Source: a virus (taxonomy: Duplodnaviria; Caudoviricetes). From it: a stretch of 41,124 bases of DNA. The DNA lies in the IMG/VR virus record IMGVR_UViG_3300032216_000564, positions 1 through 41,124 of that record; one strand, given 5' to 3'. The position numbers were made by a program, and so were the translations under genes. Positions 18,842 to 28,328 of this stretch are shown here, in pieces. Every line of letters starts with the position of its first letter. Position 1 is the stretch's first letter. The notes beneath the pieces were generated by a model. That model saw nothing but the letters and a program-made list of their open reading frames with translations. It was not told the origin of the DNA and searched no databases.

Positions 18842-20667
18842 TATTTAGCATCCATATAGTTATCACCTACACCTATTTCACAACCGAGTGGTAAGTCGCT
18901 ACACCAATAAGGCGCAGTCGTCATACACTTCTCAACGTAAACTTTACAGTCATTTACTTCTTCATCTTTACATAACATGACTAACTCATCATGCACTGTC
19001 ATTACGACAGGATACCTTTTCGCTACTTGTATTAACTGTTCTGCAATTATATCACGTGCTAATGATTGTATGCAACGTTGAAAAGTTTTAGAAGGGTGTA
19101 TATATTCAGGGATAATAGTTCTACCCATTAGCTTATCATATACCCACGACTCACCTGTATCTGTTTTTAGTTTACGAAGATTAGGTAAGCCTAACATCAT
19201 GCCATTAGGTTTCATCATGCCTTCATGAGGTACACTTGTTATAACTCCACCATTACCCATCGTATAGTGTTGCCCTGCTCTGACACTTTCTAACATCGTG
19301 CCTGCATCTTGCCATGCCTCAACTAACTCAGGGTTAGCTTTACGATACGCATACACAATGTTCTTAACTTCTTGTAGGTCTTTCTCTACACCACCTTGTT
19401 TTAGAATAGAGTGCATCTTAGCCGCACCTACACCATAGATACCTGATAAGTTTACTACCTTAAAGATGAACCTAAGGTCTTTGTTAACTTCGTTGTATGG
19501 TGTTCCTGTAATGTCTGCGGCTGATTGTTTGTATAGATCAATACCATCTTTAATCTGTTGTATCTTACTATGTGATTGAGCAAACCAATACGCTAACCTT
19601 AACTCAATATTACTTAGGTCAGAGGCTACTAACTTGTAACCTTTAGGCGCACACATAGCACGACGTAACTCAGAGGTACGAGGTAAGTTCTGTAAGTTAA
19701 TACCATCAACACCACTCCATCGATGTGATACCACAGCACCCGCATACTTTAACGGAACAGGTAGCTTACCCCTGTTGGCTATTTGAATAAAGTTTTCTGT
19801 ACGCGTCTCTTCAATTGTCGACTTGTTACCGATACGAGCAGCAGCCAAAGCTTGAACGTATGGATTTTCATGCTCAAGTAAAGCTTTAAATTCTTCATCA
19901 GTTTTTGCAAATGCATAGGTTTCCTTTCCTGTTGTCTGACTTATTTTCATGGGGGGTGTAACACCTTGTTCAATAAGTAACTCAGCAAACTTAGGGTTAC
20001 TCATGAGTAATTCTTTATCTACGGCTACTGAGGATAGTAGTTTTTCTTTAGCTTCTTTAACTTTGTGGAGGTGGCGTAGTAGTAAACCTTTATTAAGTTC
20101 TATCTTAGGTTCTGTAAACATACGGATAGTTAAATCAATAAGCTTCATCTCTGGTGCAGTGAACCTATCTTTTAACTCTGAGAATAATTCGTAGGTAAGT
20201 TCTACGTCATTAATACAATATTGACCATACTTAGCTAAGTCATTGTGCGTGAAGTCTAATCGTCGCTTACCTAAGGCATCTAATACTTCTGTGCCTTTCT
20301 CACCTAACTCATATAACTTAGATAGGTTAGCTAAAGATACTGACTCAGTTAATCCATGTAGGATTTGAGCCATACTCATGGTATCAAATAAACCTAGTGG
20401 GTGTATATCAAATATCCATGACAGGATAGATGCATCAAACCTCATGTTGTGTCCTAACACAAAGTGTTCATGCATATTGTATGAGTCTAAAAAAGCTTTG
20501 GTCTCAGCATGAGTTCCTGTAAACCATTTAGTAATACCTTTATCCTTTACAGCTACACCTATGACTTCAAACTTCTCATCACGTATATACTGCTCGGTAG
20601 TAAACTTTTTTAACCCATACTCTTTATCGTAATAGGTTTCGAAGTCAATCGTAATTAGATTAGGCAT
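18841..20667 (-). CDS. polA: Family A DNA polymerase with 3'-5' exonuclease
   Basis: ExoI IDFETY, ExoII HNMRFD, ExoIII YCINDV; motif A DLSNIELR, motif B RFIFKVVNLSGIYG, motif C VHDELV. Confidence 0.92.
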   Translation of the reverse strand: MPNLITIDFETYYDKEYGLKKFTTEQYIRDEKFEVIGVAVKDKGITKWFTGTHAETKAFLDSYNMHEHFVLGHNMRFDASILSWIFDIHPLGLFDTMSMAQILHGLTESVSLANLSKLYELGEKGTEVLDALGKRRLDFTHNDLAKYGQYCINDVELTYELFSELKDRFTAPEMKLIDLTIRMFTEPKIELNKGLLLRHLHKVKEAKEKLLSSVAVDKELLMSNPKFAELLIEQGVTPPMKISQTTGKETYAFAKTDEEFKALLEHENPYVQALAAARIGNKSTIEETRTENFIQIANRGKLPVPLKYAGAVVSHRWSGVDGINLQNLPRTSELRRAMCAPKGYKLVASDLSNIELRLAYWFAQSHSKIQQIKDGIDLYKQSAADITGTPYNEVNKDLRFIFKVVNLSGIYGVGAAKMHSILKQGGVEKDLQEVKNIVYAYRKANPELVEAWQDAGTMLESVRAGQHYTMGNGGVITSVPHEGMMKPNGMMLGLPNLRKLKTDTGESWVYDKLMGRTIIPEYIHPSKTFQRCIQSLARDIIAEQLIQVAKRYPVVMTVHDELVMLCKDEEVNDCKVYVEKCMTTAPYWCSDLPLGCEIGVGDNYMDAK

Positions 20668-20861
20668 TACTTACCCCTAACGCGGGCTTTAACTGCATGC
20701 TCATAGATGGCAGCAATGTTAATAACTTCCTCTGATTTTAATCCTTTAGGTCTAATTTTAATAACACCATGATGAATGGTGACGATTAAATTACGTTCGC
20801 CACGATCAAAAGTCGTAGCAGATGTTTCCCTAGTAGTAGGGTTAGTTGATTTTGTAGCCAT
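20667..20861 (-). CDS. Hypothetical protein
   Basis: 64 aa with an AGGAGAG RBS, coupled to the polymerase gene. Confidence 0.65.
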   Translation of the reverse strand: MATKSTNPTTRETSATTFDRGERNLIVTIHHGVIKIRPKGLKSEEVINIAAIYEHAVKARVRGK

Positions 20862-20872
20862 TACTCTCTCCT

Positions 20873-21070
20873 TTATTTGCGTCTATTGACGTGGTAGTCC
20901 CAATCTTCGGCGCAATCTTTATCGCACCATCGTCTTGAGTCATTAAGTTTCGTGCCACAATTTAAACAGTGACCCGTCCCTTGTATATACTTAATACCGT
21001 CCATCTCCTTACGGCGAATGACGTCTTCAAGTTCTAATCTATCTTGCGTTTTATCTGCATCATCTGACAT
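20873..21070 (-). CDS. TraR/DksA-like C4 zinc-finger protein
   Basis: N-terminal MSDDADK resembles TraR MSDEAD, followed by a helix and CLNC...RRWCDKDC. Confidence 0.65.
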   Translation of the reverse strand: MSDDADKTQDRLELEDVIRRKEMDGIKYIQGTGHCLNCGTKLNDSRRWCDKDCAEDWDYHVNRRK

Positions 21071-21209
21071 GTTTTAGCTTTTGCAATACCAATCTAATTA
21101 TTAATAGGTCAATAACTAAAGAAAAATGATAGGGTTCATCATCTTCTAAGTATCTAAGTTCTAAGCCTACCATAACTCCTGATATTAACGCAAGCTGAAA
21201 TATGTACAT
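21060..21209 (-). CDS. Small hypothetical protein (49 aa, not in ORF track)
   Basis: MYIFQLALISGVMVGLELRYLEDDEPYHFSLVIDLLIIRLVLQKLKHVR exactly fills the gap and overlaps both neighbours. Confidence 0.55.
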   Translation of the reverse strand: MYIFQLALISGVMVGLELRYLEDDEPYHFSLVIDLLIIRLVLQKLKHVR

Positions 21210-21547
21210 TATTTTTTATCTTCAAGTCTATCTGAAACTAGTTTGGCATACCCCGCAATATCAATCCAATGATCAGCATGGTTTGGATTGCCATAAATAA
21301 TCCTACTTAACTTAGATATAATCATATGAATAGCTTCTTTTTGATCTGCTGGCATGTTTTTCCACACATATAACCCTGAAATATCTTCCATAATTTCTTG
21401 AATAAATATAGCTTTCATTTCAAAATCACCATGTGTTGTTTCACGTTCTTTTATTATATCGCCTATTGATGGTGATACACCTGCGCCTCTCATTTCTTGA
21501 TATAACTTATCCATATTTATATCTAATCTATGTTTAGGTCTTGCCAT
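21209..21547 (-). CDS. DUF6378-like phage protein
   Basis: IIKERETTHGDF...KLSRIIYGNPNHADHWIDIAGYAKL. An AAGGAG RBS supports the start at 21547. Confidence 0.6.
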   Translation of the reverse strand: MARPKHRLDINMDKLYQEMRGAGVSPSIGDIIKERETTHGDFEMKAIFIQEIMEDISGLYVWKNMPADQKEAIHMIISKLSRIIYGNPNHADHWIDIAGYAKLVSDRLEDKK

Positions 21548-21588
21548 TCTTGTCTCCTTATATTTATTTAATATTACTTTTAGTCTTG

Positions 21589-21897
21589 TCATTTCCAATC
21601 TTCCATATGTTTTAGAAAGTCTTGAAAAGCAACAAGATTATCTTCATTAACTACCATAGCTATACCTTGATTAGCAGTGATATCGGCTAAGTTCTTTTCT
21701 TGTAACACGCTAGGTTTATTTCCCCCTGCTTTACATTCTATTCCCATAAACGCGCCTTTATAACATGCCACAATATCTGGCACACCAATACTCATGTAGC
21801 CACTTGCTACGGGATAGAAGTAATATGCGCCTCTATCCTTTAACATCTTAACTACTTGTTGTTTAACCCATTTTTCTAGCACCTTTTTTTCTTTCAT
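21589..21897 (-). CDS. VRR-NUC domain nuclease (putative resolvase)
   Basis: EKWVK...GVPDIVAC...IECKAGGNKPSVLQ. Confidence 0.8.
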   Translation of the reverse strand: MKEKKVLEKWVKQQVVKMLKDRGAYYFYPVASGYMSIGVPDIVACYKGAFMGIECKAGGNKPSVLQEKNLADITANQGIAMVVNEDNLVAFQDFLKHMEDWK

Positions 21898-22202
21898 TTA
21901 GGCATCTCCATAACTTTGTACATCGCTATGTTTTTCTTGGTGTGATACTCCATATTCTTTTGCTCAAACAATCTAAAGTCCATCTTAGTATTCATTAGAG
22001 CCTGTATATTTTGCATCGCTGCTTTATATTCAAGATAGATTTCGTCTGTATCGTTCTCTGCAATCACATAGAATTGACCATCTCTGATACCTACATTCTT
22101 AATGTATTTACCTACATCTACAAGTTTAAGGATAGCCATCTTTTCTTTATCTTCTATTGATATGTCGGGTGAGTCTTCATGCATCGCATGATATACTTTC
22201 AT
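21894..22202 (-). CDS. Hypothetical protein
   Basis: 102 aa, ATGA-coupled on both sides. Confidence 0.65.
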   Translation of the reverse strand: MKVYHAMHEDSPDISIEDKEKMAILKLVDVGKYIKNVGIRDGQFYVIAENDTDEIYLEYKAAMQNIQALMNTKMDFRLFEQKNMEYHTKKNIAMYKVMEMPK

Positions 22203-23041
22203 ATGGTCTCCATAATTTGATTTACTTTATTTAATACTGCTGATCTAGCCCCTTGACTTTCTCTCAAGTCATCGGCAGATACACCTACTAGCAAGCGTTC
22301 TAATTCACGTCTAGCATTCTCTAGTTTAGGGTCGTTTGTTACATTAAGCTTAGTTAATAGATTTGTCAACTCTAATGCATTATCTACTAGACTATCTCTA
22401 AATATTTTCTTTTCCTCACCACTTAACCTATCAACCATATGCTCTAAGGTATTGTGTAACCTTGACCACGCATCACTCATAGCTACTTCGACACGACCTT
22501 CATATGCTTTCTGATATTCTTGTTTCATCTCATTACGAATATCATCAGCTATGTCAACACGAAAGTCATTAGTTTCAGGGACAGGCATAATAGTATATTT
22601 GAGATTGAACTTATTTGCAATCTTATAAGCATCGGGATACTCATCTCTACTAAATAACTTACCTAATTTAAATGCCATACCTTGAATGATGTTAGGATAC
22701 TCTTGTATAAATGTATTTACACGCGATTTAAACTCCGTCTCATACTCTCCAAGTTGTTGTTTATAATCGAAAAAGTTACTCATAGGTAATAACCTTGTGC
22801 CTGTGTCTGACCAAGGTAGCGTTTGCCTACCATGCCACTCTCGTATTTCACTAGATAGTTTGGTAATCTTATCTAATTGATCTGACCCTGCAAGGATATG
22901 CTTATTGTAATTACCTGCCTTGATGGTTGTGTTTTTGTTTAAATCAATCTCTTTGGACACATTCTTATCTAGTTTCCTAGCTGTCCATACTGATATGTTT
23001 AAGTCAATTAATACTGCACTGCTTGCTATACTTATACTCAT
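22199..23041 (-). CDS. DUF3150-like protein
   Basis: VLIDLNISVWTARKLD...TLPWSDTGTRLLP...YP with a helical C-terminus. AAGGAG RBS before ATG 23041. The family call is from memory. Confidence 0.5.
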   Translation of the reverse strand: MSISIASSAVLIDLNISVWTARKLDKNVSKEIDLNKNTTIKAGNYNKHILAGSDQLDKITKLSSEIREWHGRQTLPWSDTGTRLLPMSNFFDYKQQLGEYETEFKSRVNTFIQEYPNIIQGMAFKLGKLFSRDEYPDAYKIANKFNLKYTIMPVPETNDFRVDIADDIRNEMKQEYQKAYEGRVEVAMSDAWSRLHNTLEHMVDRLSGEEKKIFRDSLVDNALELTNLLTKLNVTNDPKLENARRELERLLVGVSADDLRESQGARSAVLNKVNQIMETI

Positions 23042-23054
23042 GTTGTTCTCCTTG

Positions 23055-23585
23055 TTAATAACTATCTGCAAAGTCTATAAAGTTTACCTCTAATGCACCT
23101 AATTCACGTTTTTCCATCTTATTTAAGAAGTCTTTGAGTTCACTATCTAATACAAGATCTACTTTCATGTGTTTCTTAAGTGCTTTAACATCATGCTTAT
23201 CAAATTTATAAGCCCTTACTTCATCTGTCGGTGTGTTTGCATCGGCAGATTTAATTGTTTCATCTAAATTTTCTCTTTCCCATGTAGATAAATCAGATTG
23301 TAATTTTGTTAACGATGCTACATCTTTAAGTTTAGAAAAGAAAGGATGACCGTTTGGTAAATCTTGCCATCTAATATAAAAGCTATCATACCTAAAGTGA
23401 GGCATGGGGTATTTTTTCAATAACCATTTTGACACTGTTGCCGTAGCAGAATGTCCATATGATATTGCGCCATTTCTTACTTGCCTAAGTATGTTTTTAA
23501 TTTGTCTATCACTAAACTTATTAAAATTAATCTTCATAGATACTTCTGAATACTGCGCTATTTCATTTCTAAGATATGTTGCCAT
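23055..23585 (-). CDS. Hypothetical protein
   Basis: GAGGAG RBS before ATG 23585, immediately downstream of a 34-bp element. Confidence 0.7.
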   Translation of the reverse strand: MATYLRNEIAQYSEVSMKINFNKFSDRQIKNILRQVRNGAISYGHSATATVSKWLLKKYPMPHFRYDSFYIRWQDLPNGHPFFSKLKDVASLTKLQSDLSTWERENLDETIKSADANTPTDEVRAYKFDKHDVKALKKHMKVDLVLDSELKDFLNKMEKRELGALEVNFIDFADSY

Positions 23586-23605
23586 TTTATTTCTCCTCAA
23601 TTTAT

Positions 23606-23639
23606 TGTGAAAACCTCACGATTGAGTGAGGAATTCACA
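23606..23639. repeat. 34-bp imperfect palindrome, copy 1
   Basis: TGTGAAAACCTCACGATTGAGTGAGGAATTCACA. Confidence 0.9.
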
Positions 23640-23646
23640 GGTTAAT

Positions 23647-24804
23647 TTAATCTACTATATGTATTGTCTTACCATGTGGTGATGTGTTGTGACGTGATGT
23701 GACTGCCCATAGTGTAGGGTAATCCCAATTACCACCCCAATCATTTTCCACATAACCATCTGTTAGTATAATGATAGCTTCGGGTTCGATACGCTTATCT
23801 TTGATATACTCATTGACGCATCCAACACGAGTGCCACCACCCCCTGCAGGTTTTGTTGTTTGAACCAAAGCATTATAATCACCTTGATTGTATGTTTCAT
23901 GTCCTGCAACATGAGAATCCCAATACAACAACTCTATACTTGATGGGGATACATCATCACATATAGCTACCACTTCGGTTAAGAATTCATTAAGTTCCTT
24001 GTCACCAATTGAACCTGATGTATCTATACCAACTACAACTTTACCTATTGACTCACCGATCATGCTAGGCATATAGATGTCTTGACCTAAGAAACGCTTG
24101 TGTGGTCGTTTCCATGATGACTTGTCTTTGTTACGACATGTTGCATTAACAAACTCACGCAACTGTTCACGCCAATCTACCTTAGGTTCAAGTAACTCAC
24201 TAATACTTCTATTCTTATTACCATTCATCTTGCCACGAATAATCTCACCTTGTCGCAAGGCTTGATCTATCTGCTTAACAGTCTCTTTAACTTCTTCATC
24301 AGACAAAGCCTCAGCACCTTCCCAATCATGGCTATCGTGACCTTCTTGACCACTACCTCCATTCTGCTCGTTATCTTTCTTAAGCAGATCAAAGATTTGT
24401 TTGGTCGTCATGTTTTTATATTGTGGGTCAAACAATGCTGACTGTGGCTTGACAGCTACTTCTTGCGTACCATCAGCTTCATGTATTGCATTGTTTACGA
24501 CAAAGTCAGCCGCCATGTTTGCAAGCATAGGATTTTCTTTCCATAGCTTTTTCCATAGGTGCATATGTTGATACACTTTATGTAAGGCTTCATGTAGCAC
24601 GACAAAGTTTAATTCCTTATCAGTCAATGACTTAATAAACTCGGGGTTATACATAACATCACGACCATTGGTACAAGCCGTAGGTATATCCTCTGTAAAG
24701 TTTACCTTGCCCACCGATAACACGCCTGCAAACATACAGAATTCCTTGCTACGCATTATAGCTATGTGGGACTTCGTGACTCTTTGTTCACTCGTTAGTG
24801 CCAT
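23647..24804 (-). CDS. DUF2201-type metallopeptidase + vWA domain protein
   Basis: TACTNG, LHEALH zincin motif, MIDAS DTSGS, GGGT and LTDG. Start MALTSEQ follows AAGGAG. Confidence 0.85.
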   Translation of the reverse strand: MALTSEQRVTKSHIAIMRSKEFCMFAGVLSVGKVNFTEDIPTACTNGRDVMYNPEFIKSLTDKELNFVVLHEALHKVYQHMHLWKKLWKENPMLANMAADFVVNNAIHEADGTQEVAVKPQSALFDPQYKNMTTKQIFDLLKKDNEQNGGSGQEGHDSHDWEGAEALSDEEVKETVKQIDQALRQGEIIRGKMNGNKNRSISELLEPKVDWREQLREFVNATCRNKDKSSWKRPHKRFLGQDIYMPSMIGESIGKVVVGIDTSGSIGDKELNEFLTEVVAICDDVSPSSIELLYWDSHVAGHETYNQGDYNALVQTTKPAGGGGTRVGCVNEYIKDKRIEPEAIIILTDGYVENDWGGNWDYPTLWAVTSRHNTSPHGKTIHIVD

Positions 24805-24910
24805 CACTATTCTCCTTATAAAACATATATGTAACAGTGCCTTCTGTATCTTCAAGCCTTAACCATTGGTTAGGGCATTGATTAAGCCAATCTAAAAATT
24901 CATCATTCAT
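24788..24910 (-). CDS. Small hypothetical protein (40 aa, not in ORF track)
   Basis: MNDEFLDWLNQCPNQWLRLEDTEGTVTYMFYKENSDGTNE, ATGA-coupled to the upstream gene. Confidence 0.5.
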   Translation of the reverse strand: MNDEFLDWLNQCPNQWLRLEDTEGTVTYMFYKENSDGTNE

Positions 24911-25311
24911 AGAAACCCTTTCTCGTCTAGTTGTAAAATCTCATGTTCCAAGCATATATAATTATTGTAGTGGTCACACATACTACATGTTTTACTTGGT
25001 TTAAATTTATTGCCTGCATTATAAAATGCCTCTATCCTGTCACTGCTATATTCTTCCCATTCATGGTCAGTCATAGGGGTTATATCTTTTGACACCCAAC
25101 CATGATTAGGTAGAATACTATTTATTACATCTTCTTCTGCATATTGAATAGCTTTTTCTTTTCCTTCTTCAGAGTCTGAAAGGTTATACCATTGTCCTTT
25201 AGCTAACGGATACTTCTTACCATTGATATATACTTTCCACCCTAAAAACCTATGCCCTGCACCACTATCAGTTCTTTCAAAGACTTCATGTTTTTTAGCT
25301 ACAATACTCAT
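24907..25311 (-). CDS. Hypothetical protein with Cys/His-rich C-terminus
   Basis: 134 aa with a GGAGG RBS; CSMCDH...CLEH. Confidence 0.65.
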   Translation of the reverse strand: MSIVAKKHEVFERTDSGAGHRFLGWKVYINGKKYPLAKGQWYNLSDSEEGKEKAIQYAEEDVINSILPNHGWVSKDITPMTDHEWEEYSSDRIEAFYNAGNKFKPSKTCSMCDHYNNYICLEHEILQLDEKGFL

Positions 25312-25319
25312 ATATCCTC

Positions 25320-26366
25320 CTAAAAGTATTGGTTGTTCTTAACTGCCCAATCAATGAACGTCTTGTTAGTCGCGGCTACTTGCTTACGAGACGATGCCAT
25401 GATGTTGACTGCAAACAACGCTTGTATCTCCATAGGTAGTCGTTGTAAATATGTAAGCCATGCATCCATGTGTTGATCTGTAATCGTCATGAGTTCTCGC
25501 ATGACTAAGATGACACGAGCCGCAGGGTCGCTTGGTAAGTTAGCTTTCTCAGGTTCTTTGTATATACTTTCCTTGGTCGGTAAGCCATCAGCCAAACTAA
25601 AGTAAGCCGACATATCTCGTGCCGCTGACTCACCTAGTGTGCCTGTCAATGCAACCATCGTGGTATCTTCACCGAGTGTTACTCTGTTCTTAACGATATG
25701 CGATGCTTTCTCTAATGAACGAGGGGATACAAACGCCTCTTGTTGTTTCCTAGGATTGTATATATACATGTTCTCTTTCTGAGAGTCATCTGTATAACAC
25801 GCTAGTGCATGGGGAAATTGTTTAACCCACGCTACAACCTCAGGTGCTATCTGATTATCAATAGCCCAATTAATCCACTCATCATCATTCGGATTGCGAA
25901 CGACAACTGCCGTCAATCTATTCTTGGCATGGGCTTTCATGGTATCACCTACACCATCTGTTGTTAGGTTGCCTGTTGAATACACGATGCTATCGGGGTG
26001 AAACTTCGTGGCACCTAGTCGTCTCTCTAACATGACGGGCAATAACATATTCTTAACGGGTTCACTAGCCTTAGTGATCTCATCTAACATAATGATGACA
26101 GGCTTGTTGTCATGTATGGCAAACCTTTCATTCGGATAGAATGTGGTTGTCTTGGTTTCATGGTTCATGGCAGGCATAGCTAAGTCACCTAAGTCTAAGT
26201 CTGCACAATCGATATACACAGGTGTGTGGTCGGGAAACCTAGCACTCAATGATTTAAGTATTGATGACTTACCAATCCCAGGTTGCCCTTTGAGATGAAC
26301 TGTGACATCACGACCTACTGTTGCAATTAATTCTTCTGCTTGTTTCAAACTGATTTCTTGTTGCAT
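25320..26366 (-). CDS. MoxR/dynein-related AAA+ ATPase
   Basis: Walker A GQPGIGKS, Walker B IMLDE, STGN, AKNRL and SPRS (sensor 2). Confidence 0.85.
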   Translation of the reverse strand: MQQEISLKQAEELIATVGRDVTVHLKGQPGIGKSSILKSLSARFPDHTPVYIDCADLDLGDLAMPAMNHETKTTTFYPNERFAIHDNKPVIIMLDEITKASEPVKNMLLPVMLERRLGATKFHPDSIVYSTGNLTTDGVGDTMKAHAKNRLTAVVVRNPNDDEWINWAIDNQIAPEVVAWVKQFPHALACYTDDSQKENMYIYNPRKQQEAFVSPRSLEKASHIVKNRVTLGEDTTMVALTGTLGESAARDMSAYFSLADGLPTKESIYKEPEKANLPSDPAARVILVMRELMTITDQHMDAWLTYLQRLPMEIQALFAVNIMASSRKQVAATNKTFIDWAVKNNQYF

Positions 26367-26405
26367 GATACTCTCTCCTTAATGTTAAGCGACATGTGTA
26401 TATTG

Positions 26406-27269
26406 TTATACCTTTGTCGCAGGTTGAACTTCTACTAAAACTTGTGGGTTTTCTAACTTAATTAACTTATCTAGAAATCTTTTAATCATACCTATGTTGA
26501 CGTAGTGTATGTATTTATTACTACTACCACCATAAGACCATCGTCTGTGTTGTGTCTGCCTTACTAAATGATAATAGGATAGATAAGTTTTATCTTCATC
26601 GGCAAACATACTAAGCACACCTTCACCCCCTTTATACTGAGTGAATGGTAATACTTGTTTTTGTAACTCTTCATCTACTTCAACACCTTCATCATTTAAT
26701 TTCAACATAGTGTCTGCATACTTCAATAACTTCTTGTATGGCTTACGCAACTCACGCATCTGACTTGCATCAAACTTATACTTAACAGGTGTTTCAAATT
26801 GTGTTTCGTCTAATGGTTTACCCTCATAATCAAACTTATACCAATCGTAAGCGTTCATGTCATACCGACCATGCCTGTTATTTATATAACATTCAATCTG
26901 ATTGTTCTTTACCATAGGACTTCTTGTAAATGGTGCAGGTACATACTTCTTATGTTCAAACGGATACAAGGCTACCCCACCCATATAACTTACAAAATAT
27001 TCTGTGCTTGTTGATGGATACCCACCTAGCGTTATCTCTTTGTGTGTTGGATAATACCTAACCAAATCGGTGTCATAATATCCTGCAACATATACTTCAA
27101 CACCATCTTGTATTTCTTGACGCAACCATTTCTCTTTCTCGTATCTATCACCCAATCTACGAACTGATTGGTTCTCACCTCGGACTGCTTTAGTATTTTT
27201 AAAATACTCTTGCGCTTCAGTATAGTTTCCTATACGGCGCATGTTATAAACATTGATATGAAATCCCAC
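26406..27269 (-). CDS. Hypothetical early protein (~287 aa)
   Basis: GAGGAG RBS before GTG 27269. First gene after the promoter at 27362-27390. Confidence 0.7.
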   Translation of the reverse strand: MGFHINVYNMRRIGNYTEAQEYFKNTKAVRGENQSVRRLGDRYEKEKWLRQEIQDGVEVYVAGYYDTDLVRYYPTHKEITLGGYPSTSTEYFVSYMGGVALYPFEHKKYVPAPFTRSPMVKNNQIECYINNRHGRYDMNAYDWYKFDYEGKPLDETQFETPVKYKFDASQMRELRKPYKKLLKYADTMLKLNDEGVEVDEELQKQVLPFTQYKGGEGVLSMFADEDKTYLSYYHLVRQTQHRRWSYGGSSNKYIHYVNIGMIKRFLDKLIKLENPQVLVEVQPATKV

Positions 27270-27290
27270 GATAATTCTCCTCATAGTTAA

Positions 27291-27324
27291 TGTGAAAACC
27301 TCACGATTGCGTGAGATATTCACA
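27291..27324. repeat. 34-bp imperfect palindrome, copy 2
   Basis: TGTGAAAACCTCACGATTGCGTGAGATATTCACA. Confidence 0.9.
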
Positions 27325-27361
27325 GGTTAATAAACATACTACTATTACGACTACAACTAAC

Positions 27362-27390
27362 ATTATACACGAAACTATTGACATTGTCAA
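27362..27390 (-). promoter_or_regulatory. Consensus sigma70 promoter
   Basis: TTGACA-17 nt-TATAAT on the - strand. Confidence 0.9.
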
Positions 27391-27408
27391 GTGTTTAGAC
27401 AAAAAAAT

Positions 27409-27606
27409 TTACTTACTTTTATGTGATGAATTAAGACCTTTCAACAGTTCTAAATCAGTCACAACAATATAGTTTGACTTCGGCATAGGCACGATACAAT
27501 GTTTATATTTGAGTGCATGTTTCTCACCACAACTTAAACATGTTTTATATCCTAGCTTATACCTACCATCAGCTATATCACCACCACATTCACATTGATA
27601 ACTCAT
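27409..27606 (-). CDS. Small zinc-finger protein (DksA-type C4 finger pattern)
   Basis: CECGGDIADGRYKLGYKTCLSC. Start MSYQ at 27606 by ATGA coupling. Confidence 0.55.
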   Translation of the reverse strand: MSYQCECGGDIADGRYKLGYKTCLSCGEKHALKYKHCIVPMPKSNYIVVTDLELLKGLNSSHKSK

Positions 27607-27863
27607 GGCAACTCTTTCCAAATGATAAACACAACATACGCAAACATAAACGCATAAATTGTCCATGTCATGTATGTTTCTTGTCTACGGTCATTGTCTT
27701 CATTGTCGTATGTCCCACCCCAAGCTTCATAAGCAGACCTAGGTGTAGGTTTAGGTACGCTATCAGGTTGAAAGAAACGCCAACCCTTTTTTGCGTTACG
27801 CGCAAATACTTTATCTTGCCACGCGTTATATTTGCGTCGTGCTTGTCTCTGTTCTTTGTTCAT
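27603..27863 (-). CDS. Hypothetical protein with C-terminal TM helix
   Basis: 86 aa with an AAGGAG RBS; WTIYAFMFAYVVFIIW. Confidence 0.65.
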   Translation of the reverse strand: MNKEQRQARRKYNAWQDKVFARNAKKGWRFFQPDSVPKPTPRSAYEAWGGTYDNEDNDRRQETYMTWTIYAFMFAYVVFIIWKELP

Positions 27864-28035
27864 GATTTCTCCTTGTATGTTGTATATTAATAAGTCCTAC
27901 CTTGTGTAGATAGTTTAGTCGCGCATCACAAAGTCCTACCACACTACTAATATGTTTTTTGGTAGCAGTGGGTACCTTTAATAAAACTTCGTTAACTTTG
28001 TGGGCATGACGCCAATCATCTAACTTGGTATACAT
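27826..28035 (-). CDS. Hypothetical protein
   Basis: Start MYTKLDD by TAATG coupling. Confidence 0.5.
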   Translation of the reverse strand: MYTKLDDWRHAHKVNEVLLKVPTATKKHISSVVGLCDARLNYLHKVGLINIQHTRRNHEQRTETSTTQI

Positions 28036-28214
28036 TAGAATAAACATTCCCCAACTAAAGACATCACATCTTCTTTAGTTTCTTTAACTACTTCTAGCTT
28101 AATGACATTGTTGCCTTGATCTTTATGCCACTTTGCCTCTTTAGCATTCCACCTATACTTGCGTATAACTTCGCCGTCATCATCAATGACTGCATGGGTA
28201 AAGGGCAAACTCAT
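28035..28214 (-). CDS. Small hypothetical protein (59 aa, not in ORF track)
   Basis: MSLPFTHAVIDDDGEVIRKYRWNAKEAKWHKDQGNNVIKLEVVKETKEDVMSLVGECLF, coupled at both ends. Confidence 0.6.
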   Translation of the reverse strand: MSLPFTHAVIDDDGEVIRKYRWNAKEAKWHKDQGNNVIKLEVVKETKEDVMSLVGECLF

Positions 28215-28327
28215 TTTGTTTGTTCTACCTTTGGTGGTTCTTTAACTTCTTTAACTTTGTGGTCATCAACCATGACACCTACACTTACTGCTATGTATAG
28301 TGCTGTCAACCATGCGATTGTATCCAT
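28211..28327 (-). CDS. Small membrane peptide (38 aa)
   Basis: AGGAG RBS before MDTIAWLTALYIAVSVGVMV. Confidence 0.55.
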   Translation of the reverse strand: MDTIAWLTALYIAVSVGVMVDDHKVKEVKEPPKVEQTK

Positions 28328-28328
28328 G

